A DNA stretch of 64,000 bases from Patescibacteria group bacterium (GTDB taxonomy: Bacteria; Patescibacteriota; Microgenomatia; UBA8517), in the NCBI GenBank assembly GCA_042571305.1, contig JBHPHS010000001.1:2781-66780 (forward strand). The letters run 5' to 3'. Position 1 is the first letter of the stretch. Every line of letters starts with the position of its first letter. Positions 26,367 through 35,994 of the stretch are shown piece by piece. The notes below the pieces were generated by a model. It was not told the DNA's origin. It saw nothing but the letters and a program-made list of their open reading frames with translations, and made no database searches. Made by a program: the position numbers and the translations under genes.

Positions 26367-27260
26367 TTATTTAACTATTCCAGTTCCGCTGAAGACAACC
26401 GAGTCAAAGACCTGAGGAACCTCACCCCAACCTTGGAAAACCTCAATCTTGCGATTTGCTTCCCCCGATGTTCCAACAGATTCAATCCTCACACCCTGAG
26501 AAGGTAGAGGTGAATTTCCCCCCAAATCCACATTAAAACCAACCTTGTGCTCAGTATCTGTACTGTAGAAGATGTTAACCTTTACAAGCTGAAGGCCATT
26601 TTCGTTACCATATGAAGATGGATGAATTTTCAAATTGGAAAAATTCAAAGTTTCCTTAAATTCATAATTTTCATCTCCAATACTGCAGCTTCCGTTATCG
26701 GGTGCCTCAAAAGAATTACTACCTCTCCTTGAATCGTTGGGGTCAATTGCTGCTCTGGCAACCTTAACTGTGGAATAATCTCCAGGGGATGATACATAAT
26801 AAATACTTGCCTCAATCGCTGGAGTAGTTTCGGATGAGGCTGATGTTCCGGGATTACCCCAACAAATCTCAAGCTTCCCTCCGGTAAAACAGGATCCGTC
26901 ATCACAAGATAAACCACCATCTTCATCATGGGATACAAAAAACAAAACAGCTGAACCTCCAGAAGGAAGAGGGAGAGGAAAATTAAAATACTTACCTCCA
27001 AAAGCAACATCGGAAACTGATGCATTAAAACTTGCATTTTCAAGATCCCCCACGGTTGAACCTGCAATTAAAGCTCTTTCTATTCCTGCCTCAGCAGCAG
27101 AAAAAGCTCTAACTGACTCTTCTGAACGAGATGTTGTGTATATGTCTGTAATTGATCTGGAAAGAACATACAAAACAACAGTAAGAATTACAGCTAAAGA
27201 AAGAAGAACAAGAAGAAGAGCCTGACCTTGATAATTTTTACCCCTAGGCAGCTTAGACAT
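26367..27260 (-). CDS. PilX-like minor pilin
   Basis: QG|QALLLVL leader without E5; AFSAAEAGIERA. Confidence 0.8.
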   Translation of the reverse strand: MSKLPRGKNYQGQALLLVLLSLAVILTVVLYVLSRSITDIYTTSRSEESVRAFSAAEAGIERALIAGSTVGDLENASFNASVSDVAFGGKYFNFPLPLPSGGSAVLFFVSHDEDGGLSCDDGSCFTGGKLEICWGNPGTSASSETTPAIEASIYYVSSPGDYSTVKVARAAIDPNDSRRGSNSFEAPDNGSCSIGDENYEFKETLNFSNLKIHPSSYGNENGLQLVKVNIFYSTDTEHKVGFNVDLGGNSPLPSQGVRIESVGTSGEANRKIEVFQGWGEVPQVFDSVVFSGTGIVK

Positions 27261-27269
27261 AATTAATAC

Positions 27270-27353
27270 AGTTTAGCAAGATATTAACACCGACGTCAAT
27301 CTTTACTCCAGGTTTGCAGAAAGTTGACCATAGGTATACCTAGCCACTATAAT
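27270..27353. promoter_or_regulatory. Divergent promoters with a palindromic operator candidate
   Basis: Minus: TTGACG-18-TAAACT towards pilX; plus: TTGACC-18-TATAAT with palindrome TAGGTATACCTA (27331-27342) in the spacer. Confidence 0.55.
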
Positions 27354-27393
27354 ATACACATACTATAAGTGTATTTCTGCTCTATAGTTAAAT

Positions 27394-29016
27394 ATGCATA
27401 AAGAAGGAGAAAGTATATATCACAAATCAGTAAATTTGTTGCTAATCGCATCCTTAGGATTGGCTAGTTGTGACACTAAAAACCCATCCTCTGAACAAGC
27501 ACCTCCTCAGATAGATCCTCCTACTGTAGAACCTACACTTTTACCTACAGAAGCTCCCACAACCGAACCCACGATGGTACCAACAGTTTCAGCAGGTAAA
27601 TACTATGAAGCTTCTGGAGGCCCTTATAACCAAAATCAGTTAAGTCTTATTGAAAATGATTTTGCTTTTGATCAAATTAAATCTTATAACGATTTTCTTT
27701 CTTACTGGTCAGGTGATGGAAAAATAAAAGTTGGCAACACCCCCTTTGATCCTATATCGGCAGACCTTCACACGGTTTATTATTTTGATCCAGAAAATCC
27801 AGGAAGTGCATTAGTTTGTTTACAAGCAAATATGGAGGGACAGCAAAAAAAATTCCTTCCTCCCATCATAAACGGAGAGTTTGCAACAGTTCCTCCAACC
27901 ACCTATGTTGATGAAAACGGAGTTGTCTACTCAAAAGATGAAATATTATCCTCAAGAACTCTCTTAGAAAAAACATGGTACATAGGAGTAGGAAACGGAC
28001 CTCTAGAAATAAGTGACTTTGCCTACATTAATGGAAAAGTAATTAAAGTATCCCAAGAAGGAAACATAACTCAGGTTCTTAATATGGAAACAGCACAATG
28101 GGAAGAGTACCAACTTCAAACAGGTGATGTTGTAACAGAAAGATTTATTGGAGAAAACGGTATAACAGAATATATGCTAGGTGGAACCATAACAGAACTG
28201 AACTTTAATAACACAACCTACAAATTCATTGTCAATCAAGAAGGAACGAAAACAGGAATTTACCTTAATAATGAAGGTGAATGGGGAGAATATTTAGATA
28301 TTGATCTTGTGTCAGCAAAAATGTTTGTTGAAAAAGATATGCTGGTTGATAAACTTCCCACAATCACAGTTGAAGACATTGAGTCGGGAAGGGTTACAAA
28401 TCGAGAAAAATTTGAGATAGAAACAAATAATGTTTATACTTTTCCGGACATAGAAATTTTACACAATTCGGGTGAAAAATATCATGGATTTAAAGCCGGA
28501 AATGAAATGTATGCTCATATATATGTAAATGGTTACTCATATGAAGCTCGCAAGCAATTCAACATAATCCCACCTCAAGCGTTTTTATTCTTATATCAGG
28601 TCAAAATTGATGAAAAGGCGCCTGTTGTTATGTCTACCCAGATTATAATCCAAAGAGAGCCCGAGGTTCCTTATATTTTGTTTCATCTTTTTGATAGAGC
28701 AAGAATAGGAAAATATGGAACAGTTAATCAGATAAGCGATTTTTATAAATCTATAGCTAAAGATAAAGGACATTTTCCAGTAACTATATATTTCAGCAAA
28801 ATACCTGGGCTTGATTACACCTTCTTTAACGATGGAAGATACAGTAACAATGAAGACACCAACGAAATAGCAGGCCAAACTGCCTATCTTCTGATTAGAT
28901 ATCTTGATGAAATTAAAAAAAACTATACCGCTTCAGCTGAAACAGCTAAACAGATTGAGCGAACAACTCTACTTAGAGGACCGTCTTGGTTTAAAAAATT
29001 GTCATACAAACAATAA
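27394..29016 (+). CDS. Hypothetical lipoprotein with Pro/Thr linker
   Basis: Lipobox LASC, PPTVEPTLLPTEAPTTEPT linker, no recognisable domain. Confidence 0.7.
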   Translation: MHKEGESIYHKSVNLLLIASLGLASCDTKNPSSEQAPPQIDPPTVEPTLLPTEAPTTEPTMVPTVSAGKYYEASGGPYNQNQLSLIENDFAFDQIKSYNDFLSYWSGDGKIKVGNTPFDPISADLHTVYYFDPENPGSALVCLQANMEGQQKKFLPPIINGEFATVPPTTYVDENGVVYSKDEILSSRTLLEKTWYIGVGNGPLEISDFAYINGKVIKVSQEGNITQVLNMETAQWEEYQLQTGDVVTERFIGENGITEYMLGGTITELNFNNTTYKFIVNQEGTKTGIYLNNEGEWGEYLDIDLVSAKMFVEKDMLVDKLPTITVEDIESGRVTNREKFEIETNNVYTFPDIEILHNSGEKYHGFKAGNEMYAHIYVNGYSYEARKQFNIIPPQAFLFLYQVKIDEKAPVVMSTQIIIQREPEVPYILFHLFDRARIGKYGTVNQISDFYKSIAKDKGHFPVTIYFSKIPGLDYTFFNDGRYSNNEDTNEIAGQTAYLLIRYLDEIKKNYTASAETAKQIERTTLLRGPSWFKKLSYKQ

Positions 29017-29104
29017 GTCTCAAAATTTGGTAGATACTAAGTTAGACAGATAAACAAAAGGCTTGATTGTTGCAATTGCCCTTATTTATTATTAATATTA
29101 TATT

Positions 29105-29794
29105 ATGGAAACTGCTCAGGAGTATATAGCTCAAAATAAAAAATTCTTTTCTCGGAAAAACATAATTATTTTGGTTTTAGTGCTCATCTTGGCAATTGCT
29201 TTTGTTCTTGCTTATTTATTTTGGTTCAGTCGTTTTACTCCCAAAGGTCTCATTAACGAGATTGAACTTAAAGTTTTCCAAACCGAGGATTTTTCTTCAA
29301 ATTTAGCAAGAGAAATAAGAAACAATAAAAACATTAAGATAGTTTCATCTAAGGAACAAGAAGTAAACATCCTCTCTCAAGCTTTCTATCAAGTAAAAAC
29401 CGATAATGGCACAATTAATTATGTTCCCAAATATACAAATACTATAAGAATGGAGAGTGTTGGGAACCACGAATTCTCAGGGGAGGATTATAAAACTGGA
29501 GTGGTAAGAAACTATAGCTGGAGAGAAGAAACAAGTCTTATATGTTTTAACAAAGTTACCCTTAGAACAGAAGAAAACGTTGATTGGAGAAAAGAATTTG
29601 ACAAAATTGAGTTTTTTTACAAAGTAACACCGATTGGCCTTAAAGGGGAAACTGCCTGGGAGAGGTTTAAAAATGTAGCTACCAGGAAAGATCTAGCTAA
29701 AGTTTTTCTCTCTGCTCCCGAGACTGAGGATTCCTTTTACAAAGCATTTGTAGTTATTTTGGTAAATGAACGCTGTAATATGGCAAAAAATTAA
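29105..29794 (+). CDS. Hypothetical single-TM anchored protein
   Basis: IIILVLVLILAIAFVLAYLFWF helix, extracellular domain. Confidence 0.7.
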   Translation: METAQEYIAQNKKFFSRKNIIILVLVLILAIAFVLAYLFWFSRFTPKGLINEIELKVFQTEDFSSNLAREIRNNKNIKIVSSKEQEVNILSQAFYQVKTDNGTINYVPKYTNTIRMESVGNHEFSGEDYKTGVVRNYSWREETSLICFNKVTLRTEENVDWRKEFDKIEFFYKVTPIGLKGETAWERFKNVATRKDLAKVFLSAPETEDSFYKAFVVILVNERCNMAKN

Positions 29795-29807
29795 ATAATA
29801 TAAAAGG

Positions 29808-31412
29808 ATGGTATATAAAAAATCAAACAAATTAATAAAAATTATTCTTTCAATATTATTGTTGTTTACACTTTTACTATTTTCAGGTACGATGGCTAAT
29901 GTAAATAGCCAGGAAGGCGATTTGGGGACAGAATTGGTTAATACAGGTGACGTTTCACCTGAATCAACATATACCGAAGCAGGAATAGAAGGAGAAGTGG
30001 GTAACACCGATGAATGGGGAGTAGAAACTACAACCTATACTGGTTCTTTGGTCTACCAACAAACCACAGTAGGTGAATACACATATATAGATGAAAATGG
30101 CGAAACTATTACAAGTACTGTCAGTGTCACTGGATATCTAGAAGGTTATTATCAAGCAAATAATGGTCGATATTATCCAGTTGGTTCTGTCGTTACTGAT
30201 TTGATAGATCATGGTGATGATTCCACTCCCGATGTTACTGCTACTTGGGAGTATCAACAAACTCATCCGTGTCAGAATGTAAGACCCGAGTGCACTTCTG
30301 CTGTCACCAGTCCCAATAATTTTATTTTGGGAGTTGGTGAGAGTATTAATGTAGACACTCAGTTCACGTCAATATGCTGGCAATCAGGGTTTGTCAGACC
30401 TGTTCCTCAAATAAGTGAAGGTGAATATGAAATGGTAGTAACAGCAAGTGGAGTATCTGGATTAAACTATTATCGACCATATCATACATACACTATTACT
30501 GGTGTATCCCCAGGTACTGTTTACATGATAATGCAAAATAACCTGGAAACAACCGGAGGATATCCTCGATCCTGCTGGACTCATCTTTACTTTGATGTAC
30601 AAGAAATAAACCCGGATCCCTGGTGGCAGGTAAAAGATGCTGATGTATTTAGTAATGGAAGTTTAATAACAGGAGTTCCTAGTTCCAATGTATTTAATCT
30701 TGAAGGAGATGGAGAATATCCAGGAATTCCTGTATATGGAGGAAGTAGTGATCTAACCTCCTCTAATGTTTCTTTGAAAGGTTGGATAGCAAACAGTACG
30801 TATAAATGGAATAAAATATATGATTATTCTTACTTTTCCAGGCTTGTTCCAACAAGTGTTGTGTTTAACGATCTTGCCTCAGACACAATTGAAGGAAGTC
30901 AGCTTGAAAGTGGAACTGAAGACTCCTCAGGGTATTCCTGGTACATGTTTGATGGGGAATCAACCGGATTTGATTTAACCATTAATTCAAATGTTAGCCT
31001 GGGATCAAGAAAGGCAATACTTTTTGTTAAAGGTGCGGATTTGCACATTAATGGAGATATTAATCTAACCAAAGGGTCAGGTTTCTTCATGGCAATTGTT
31101 GGCAAGAATGATTCAGGAGGAAAGGGAAACATAATGGTTAATCCTGCAGTTGGGGGAGGGAGTGAGATAAATCCTAATCTAGAAGGACTATATATGGCTG
31201 ATGGAACATTTAGTGCTGGAGAGGCATCAACCCCACTTTATGTTAGAGGTTCAGTTGCAGCTTGGGGAGGAATATCCTTACCTAGAGACTTGGGAGATGA
31301 TCTTAATGGGGATAATCCTTCAGAGTTTTTTGAATATGCCCCTGATCTTGTACTTAACTATCCCAAAGCACTCACAGACTACATAATGAGGTGGAAGGAA
31401 GTTGCTCCGTAA
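29808..31412 (+). CDS. Secreted pilus-associated protein, candidate tip adhesin
   Basis: Signal peptide, Thr/Tyr-rich N half, Gly-rich C domain from PDPWWQVKDAD ending WKEVAP. Confidence 0.6.
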   Translation: MVYKKSNKLIKIILSILLLFTLLLFSGTMANVNSQEGDLGTELVNTGDVSPESTYTEAGIEGEVGNTDEWGVETTTYTGSLVYQQTTVGEYTYIDENGETITSTVSVTGYLEGYYQANNGRYYPVGSVVTDLIDHGDDSTPDVTATWEYQQTHPCQNVRPECTSAVTSPNNFILGVGESINVDTQFTSICWQSGFVRPVPQISEGEYEMVVTASGVSGLNYYRPYHTYTITGVSPGTVYMIMQNNLETTGGYPRSCWTHLYFDVQEINPDPWWQVKDADVFSNGSLITGVPSSNVFNLEGDGEYPGIPVYGGSSDLTSSNVSLKGWIANSTYKWNKIYDYSYFSRLVPTSVVFNDLASDTIEGSQLESGTEDSSGYSWYMFDGESTGFDLTINSNVSLGSRKAILFVKGADLHINGDINLTKGSGFFMAIVGKNDSGGKGNIMVNPAVGGGSEINPNLEGLYMADGTFSAGEASTPLYVRGSVAAWGGISLPRDLGDDLNGDNPSEFFEYAPDLVLNYPKALTDYIMRWKEVAP

Positions 31413-31414
31413 GG

Positions 31415-31912
31415 TCAGTAGGTTCTCAAAAATATTTGAGTTGACACAGAAACGTTTGTTTCATTGACTGCCATTGCCTTTGCATCTGCAGCCACCAAGT
31501 CTATGATTATCTTGGGTGGAAGACCTGATTCTTCTTGAGTACATTCTATCACGCAGGAGTTTATTTTTATTTCTGAGGAGGTTAGTCTTGCTGAGGATGA
31601 GGCAATATATGAATCATCTTCTCCAATACCTACACAGGAAAAAGAAGCATTTACTCCAAATGAGTCTGTATAATTTAATACCTTTGTATCAGGGTTAGGG
31701 CAATCCGCAATTGAGTCAGCATTTCTTATTCCTCGCTCCATTACAGAGAGTGCATAATTTATATTTTCTCTAACCTTTACCTGTGTCTCACTTTTAGCAG
31801 ATCCCCTTAGTGTTAAAAAAACTGATCTGGTAATAATTACGGAAAGAATCGCAAAAACACCAACAACTACCAATACCTCAATTAAGCTTAAACCTTTTAT
31901 TCTTTTTTTCAT
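31415..31912 (-). CDS. Minor pilin (PilW-like)
   Basis: KG|LSLIEVLVV class III signal. Confidence 0.85.
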   Translation of the reverse strand: MKKRIKGLSLIEVLVVVGVFAILSVIITRSVFLTLRGSAKSETQVKVRENINYALSVMERGIRNADSIADCPNPDTKVLNYTDSFGVNASFSCVGIGEDDSYIASSSARLTSSEIKINSCVIECTQEESGLPPKIIIDLVAADAKAMAVNETNVSVSTQIFLRTY

Positions 31913-32358
31913 CTATCCCTCCAGTCTGTAAAATTCGTTGAACTTCTTACATCATGCATTCCTTGTGAATCTTCCCAGGCAACACTTACATTAGCCTCAA
32001 TTATGGTTTTTTCAGCTGTATCGACTGAAAATTCAACCTCTCGTACAAAAGGGGTTGATTCAATTTTTTGAGAAGATGAGCACCGGGTGTTACTTTCCCA
32101 ATTAAGCTCGGATATACACCACACTATATTCGTTGCATTTCCCACAAAGGTATCAAAATCCTTATCCCTTTCACCCCTTAGCCACTCAACAGCTTCTTGG
32201 TTATATCTTGATGCTAGAGTTTTATTTTTTGAATATGTTGCGTTTCTAATAGATACCGCGGTTAGCGCAACTAGGGCAACAATAATTAAAGTACTTACCC
32301 CCAAAGCCAGTACAACCTCAAAAAGAGATTGTCCTTTTATGTTTCTCTTCTTTATTAT
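31909..32358 (-). CDS. Minor pilin (PilV-like), inferred ATA start
   Basis: In-frame KG|QSLFEVVLALGV lies upstream of the track start; no ATG/GTG/TTG before it; ATA overlaps the upstream TAA. Confidence 0.75.
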   Translation of the reverse strand: MIKKRNIKGQSLFEVVLALGVSTLIIVALVALTAVSIRNATYSKNKTLASRYNQEAVEWLRGERDKDFDTFVGNATNIVWCISELNWESNTRCSSSQKIESTPFVREVEFSVDTAEKTIIEANVSVAWEDSQGMHDVRSSTNFTDWRDR

Positions 32359-32831
32359 TTTATTTCTCCTTCTTTTCCTACCGTGACGATAACTGTATTT
32401 TCTGTATTTTCTTGATTTAAGGTAATTGTTGCATACGAACCGTTAATGTTTGTACCTTCCCCCAATACCTTAAATAGAATTGGATTGGGACTGGTCGTTG
32501 AAAAAGATAATCCTTCAGCTAAATTAACCGTCTTTTTCTCAACAACCCCGCCTGTGCAGAATGCTTCTATAGAATAGCTATTCCCATCAACAGAAACTCT
32601 AAAATAATACCCATTTAAAGAGTGTGAGGTTTCACAATTTAAAGATGAGGGTTTTTCTCCCGAAAGGGCAAGCTCTTGAGTAAGTCTTAAATCTCCAATA
32701 ATATTTTTGGATGCTCCTTGTATGGCTTGTCTTCTGGAAAAATCTCTAAAACTCACATATCCAATACCAAAAAGTATACTGATAATGGTTAAGGAAATCA
32801 GTATCTCAATCAGTGTGTAACCTTTCCTCAT
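32355..32831 (-). CDS. Minor pilin (FimT/GspH-like)
   Basis: KG|YTLIEILI. Confidence 0.85.
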   Translation of the reverse strand: MRKGYTLIEILISLTIISILFGIGYVSFRDFSRRQAIQGASKNIIGDLRLTQELALSGEKPSSLNCETSHSLNGYYFRVSVDGNSYSIEAFCTGGVVEKKTVNLAEGLSFSTTSPNPILFKVLGEGTNINGSYATITLNQENTENTVIVTVGKEGEIK

Positions 32832-33250
32832 GGGTTTGTCACTTGGTAGTTACAGGTTTCCCCGCAGTCACTGGAGGCTCCGCAGGTAACCACTTCACCT
32901 TCTTTTTCCAAAGCTGCACAGATTTCATAGACAGCTCCATCAGAGTAGTATAGATAGCTTCTTTCCGGAGCAACCGGATCGCTTGGAATTTGATTAATAT
33001 AGGAGTTTGTAACAGGGCATGACAGACCGCTTCCATCACCAACCAAGGAATCACCCAAAGTTGCAGGATAAACCCCACAGTCTGATTTATAAATCTCAAT
33101 ACCACTTCTTATAAGCTCAATATCAGACTTTCTTTTTGCATCCCTTGATGATTCTCTTGCCCCCTGGACACCAAAAATCGAAATCCCAATTAGGATTCCA
33201 ATTATGGAAATCACAACAAGCATTTCAATCAGGGTAAAACCTTTTTTCAT
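32828..33250 (-). CDS. Pilin (GspG-like)
   Basis: KG|FTLIEML, RDAKRKSD, YP, PSDP. Confidence 0.88.
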   Translation of the reverse strand: MKKGFTLIEMLVVISIIGILIGISIFGVQGARESSRDAKRKSDIELIRSGIEIYKSDCGVYPATLGDSLVGDGSGLSCPVTNSYINQIPSDPVAPERSYLYYSDGAVYEICAALEKEGEVVTCGASSDCGETCNYQVTNP

Positions 33251-33729
33251 AACGGACACACTCCACCCGACACACTAAAACCAGCTTGAGGCATTGTTCC
33301 GACCTTTCCGGTTGAACATGCTACCCAATAATTATCAGACCCTTCAAGCTTTGCCCACAGTACATAGTCGGTTGCTGTAGCCTCTCCATCTGAAGATCCG
33401 TTTGAGTTGTATTTATAGGTAAAGCTTTCATCTCTTTCCGCTTTAGGATCTTCACTGCAACCAGTTAAGCCTAAATCCTCACAAAGAAAAACTGATGCAC
33501 TACTTTCTGCCGCGCTAGATCGGGAAGGGAAAAAACCTAAATTTTGATTGGCAAAACCTTCAAGTGAGGTTGCGTACTGCTTTATTTCAGATTTTCTTTG
33601 AACATCTTTGGTCTGCTTTTGACTTGTAGTAAAAGACACAAGAGCTAGAGAAGACAATATTCCAATCATTGAAATTACCACCAGAAGCTCAATTAAAGTA
33701 AATCCTTTATTTAATTTAGTTTTAATCAT
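33247..33729 (-). CDS. Pilin (GspG-like)
   Basis: KG|FTLIELL, KDVQRKSE. Confidence 0.88.
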   Translation of the reverse strand: MIKTKLNKGFTLIELLVVISMIGILSSLALVSFTTSQKQTKDVQRKSEIKQYATSLEGFANQNLGFFPSRSSAAESSASVFLCEDLGLTGCSEDPKAERDESFTYKYNSNGSSDGEATATDYVLWAKLEGSDNYWVACSTGKVGTMPQAGFSVSGGVCPL

Positions 33730-34196
33730 AATGTTACCTGATACATCCAACCACTAGGGCACCAGGTTGTGTCAGTTGTTGACTCTCCCTTGTCATCACT
33801 TTCATTTTCCAAGCACGATGAAAGAGTAAAGGAATCCCCACTATCCAAAACCTCATATTGGTAACTCTGAACTGAAAGGGGATCACCGGGAAGTTTGGGC
33901 ATATAAACGGTGGTACCTACCGACCACTGCTCACCCCACGTACAAACGCTTGTACCATCCACTCCACAACCTAGTATATTCCCTGTTGTATCACTTAAAG
34001 GGTAGTAGTTATTATCGTTGTAATAAAGCCTAAGGGCAGTCTCTATACTTCTTAAATCAGATTTTCTTTGGGCATCACGGCTTCTTCCCCTTGCTGCACT
34101 TATGTTGGCCAAGGCTAGAGTGGAGAGTATTCCTACAAGGGCAATAACAACCAAAAGTTCAATTAGGGTAAATCCTTTATTTGAAGCTTTAGGCAT
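33726..34196 (-). CDS. Pilin (GspG-like)
   Basis: KG|FTLIELL, RDAQRKSD, PGDP. Confidence 0.88.
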   Translation of the reverse strand: MPKASNKGFTLIELLVVIALVGILSTLALANISAARGRSRDAQRKSDLRSIETALRLYYNDNNYYPLSDTTGNILGCGVDGTSVCTWGEQWSVGTTVYMPKLPGDPLSVQSYQYEVLDSGDSFTLSSCLENESDDKGESTTDTTWCPSGWMYQVTL

Positions 34197-34223
34197 GTTA
34201 ATTTATTGTAACACAATAATCTA

Positions 34224-34772
34224 CTAATCCGTTGGGGTTGTGTTGGGACTGGTTTGTGCAAAGTTACAAACAAAACTTCCGCAGCTATAGGTGACCGGAG
34301 AAGCTGCACAATCTCCACCTAAACAGTTAATGTCTTCAGGATTTTCAATTCTGGCAAAAAGTTGGTATTTCTGGTTAAAGGGAGAGTCAACTACCCTGTA
34401 ATTATAAACAAAGTCATCAGCAGGGTCAGCCGGGACAGTCTTAAAATATATCGTTTTTGAGTCTGTAAACTCTCCTGATCCCCAAGTACAGGCAGCACCA
34501 CTTTCGGTGGTGGGATTGTATGGGCAAGCCGCAATTAAACCGGATGAAGAGTCTGGATATTTTCCATAATCGGAATAAAAAAGCTCAAGTGCATTGGAAA
34601 TTTGTTTAATGTCTGATTTTCTCTGAACATCCCTTCCTCTAATTTGTGAATTTCTGAAAGTACCTGCAACCAAGGTAACCAAAATCCCCAGTATCGCCAT
34701 AACTACCAACAGTTCAACCAAAGTAAAGCCTTTTTGATATATACCTAAACTTTGCTTATTTATTTTTCTCAT
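34224..34772 (-). CDS. Pilin (GspG-like)
   Basis: KG|FTLVELL, RDVQRKSD, PADP; start moved to ATG 34772. Confidence 0.88.
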   Translation of the reverse strand: MRKINKQSLGIYQKGFTLVELLVVMAILGILVTLVAGTFRNSQIRGRDVQRKSDIKQISNALELFYSDYGKYPDSSSGLIAACPYNPTTESGAACTWGSGEFTDSKTIYFKTVPADPADDFVYNYRVVDSPFNQKYQLFARIENPEDINCLGGDCAASPVTYSCGSFVCNFAQTSPNTTPTD

Positions 34773-35337
34773 TAAGTTCATTCTCGTATTCCTCAATACT
34801 TTTATCAAGTGGTGTTTTTCCGGGTGATCTTCCGAAATTACATACCCTTTTCCCACAGTTGATGTTTAGATTCTTAATTTCTAAACTAAATTCATCTTGC
34901 TTAGAGCTTTCCAATGATGCATACAGTTGATACCTTGTACCATTTGATAAATAGACATAATAAAGTCCTTTATCAGCTTGAGGATCAGCTGGAAGATCTT
35001 TTATGTAGGGAGTTTTTGATTCATCTAGCACATTGGTAATAGATCCTCCTCCCCATTCACAGGGAATGTAATCCACAATATAACCCTTTATTGGATCATT
35101 TATTACTTCAGTATCTGGCTTTTTACAGGCCAATATCTTACTATCTTGTGATAGAGGATAAACTCCAAAATCTTCATGATAGGCAGAAAGTGCACTGTAT
35201 ATATCCCAAAAATCGTTTTTACGCTGCAGATCTCTTGAGAGCATCAAACTTTCCCTAAATCCAGGAATACAGACAAGAATAAGAAAAACAAAGATTATTA
35301 AAATTGCCTTAAATTCCTTTTTACTGAATAATTTCAT
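34756..35337 (-). CDS. Pilin-like protein lacking the prepilin cleavage Gly
   Basis: KL|FSKKEFKAILII; RDLQRKND..YP..PADP core shared with neighbouring pilins. Confidence 0.75.
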   Translation of the reverse strand: MKLFSKKEFKAILIIFVFLILVCIPGFRESLMLSRDLQRKNDFWDIYSALSAYHEDFGVYPLSQDSKILACKKPDTEVINDPIKGYIVDYIPCEWGGGSITNVLDESKTPYIKDLPADPQADKGLYYVYLSNGTRYQLYASLESSKQDEFSLEIKNLNINCGKRVCNFGRSPGKTPLDKSIEEYENELNEKNK

Positions 35338-35340
35338 ATA

Positions 35341-35994
35341 TTATTTCCAAGGGGTGCATTCATTGCCAGGATTATCACAAACATCGTAACATGTTGGGTT
35401 TTGAAAGTTCGGATCACACTCCGGCGCCCCTCTTTCCACGTCCCATAATATTGGAGTACACACCCCACTTCTGCAACCGTAAAAGTCCGTTTCTACCAAA
35501 GGAGGCTCTTCTTCTTCTTCTTCTCCCCCTCCTGATGGGGCAGCTGTGGGGCTTCCACCAGCTACCTGGACAACACTAGGAGCGTTAGGACTTGAAGCAG
35601 AATAATTAAAAGCTCCATTAGGTCCAATATTTGAGATTATGCTTTCATCGTTTTCGTTTTCCAGTTTGGAGTATATTCTGTACCACTGGGGACAAGCCGA
35701 ATCCTGATGATCATAGAAATAGGATGCGTTGGTTCTTGGGTCACAAGGAACCTTGTTTGTGTAAGGCTTTAAGTTTACTCCGGGATTGCAAGCGACATAT
35801 TGAGGTAGGGGATAGCAGTTGTTGTCTTTTTCGTATTCTTCAACTGCAACCTGGATTTTGTGAATATCACCCTTTCTTCTGGCATCGTATCCTTTAAATA
35901 TCTGTGTTCTTGAAGCAAGAACTGAAACAAGAACTAGAAAGGAAAGGATGGAAATTACAATCATCAGCTCAACTAAGGTAAAGCCTTTTTTCAA
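35341..35994 (-). CDS. Pilin with linker and C-terminal Cys-rich domain
   Basis: KG|FTLVELM; TTG start overlapping the pilD stop; SPTAAPSGGGEEEEEEPP linker; 6-Cys tail. Confidence 0.85.
   Translation of the reverse strand: MKKGFTLVELMIVISILSFLVLVSVLASRTQIFKGYDARRKGDIHKIQVAVEEYEKDNNCYPLPQYVACNPGVNLKPYTNKVPCDPRTNASYFYDHQDSACPQWYRIYSKLENENDESIISNIGPNGAFNYSASSPNAPSVVQVAGGSPTAAPSGGGEEEEEEPPLVETDFYGCRSGVCTPILWDVERGAPECDPNFQNPTCYDVCDNPGNECTPWK

Noticed and set aside
27261-31414. Invertible element or shufflon explaining the opposite-strand cassette
   Set aside because: No inverted repeats seen at the ends; the right edge is a plain tail-to-tail stop junction, and pilX has its own promoter.
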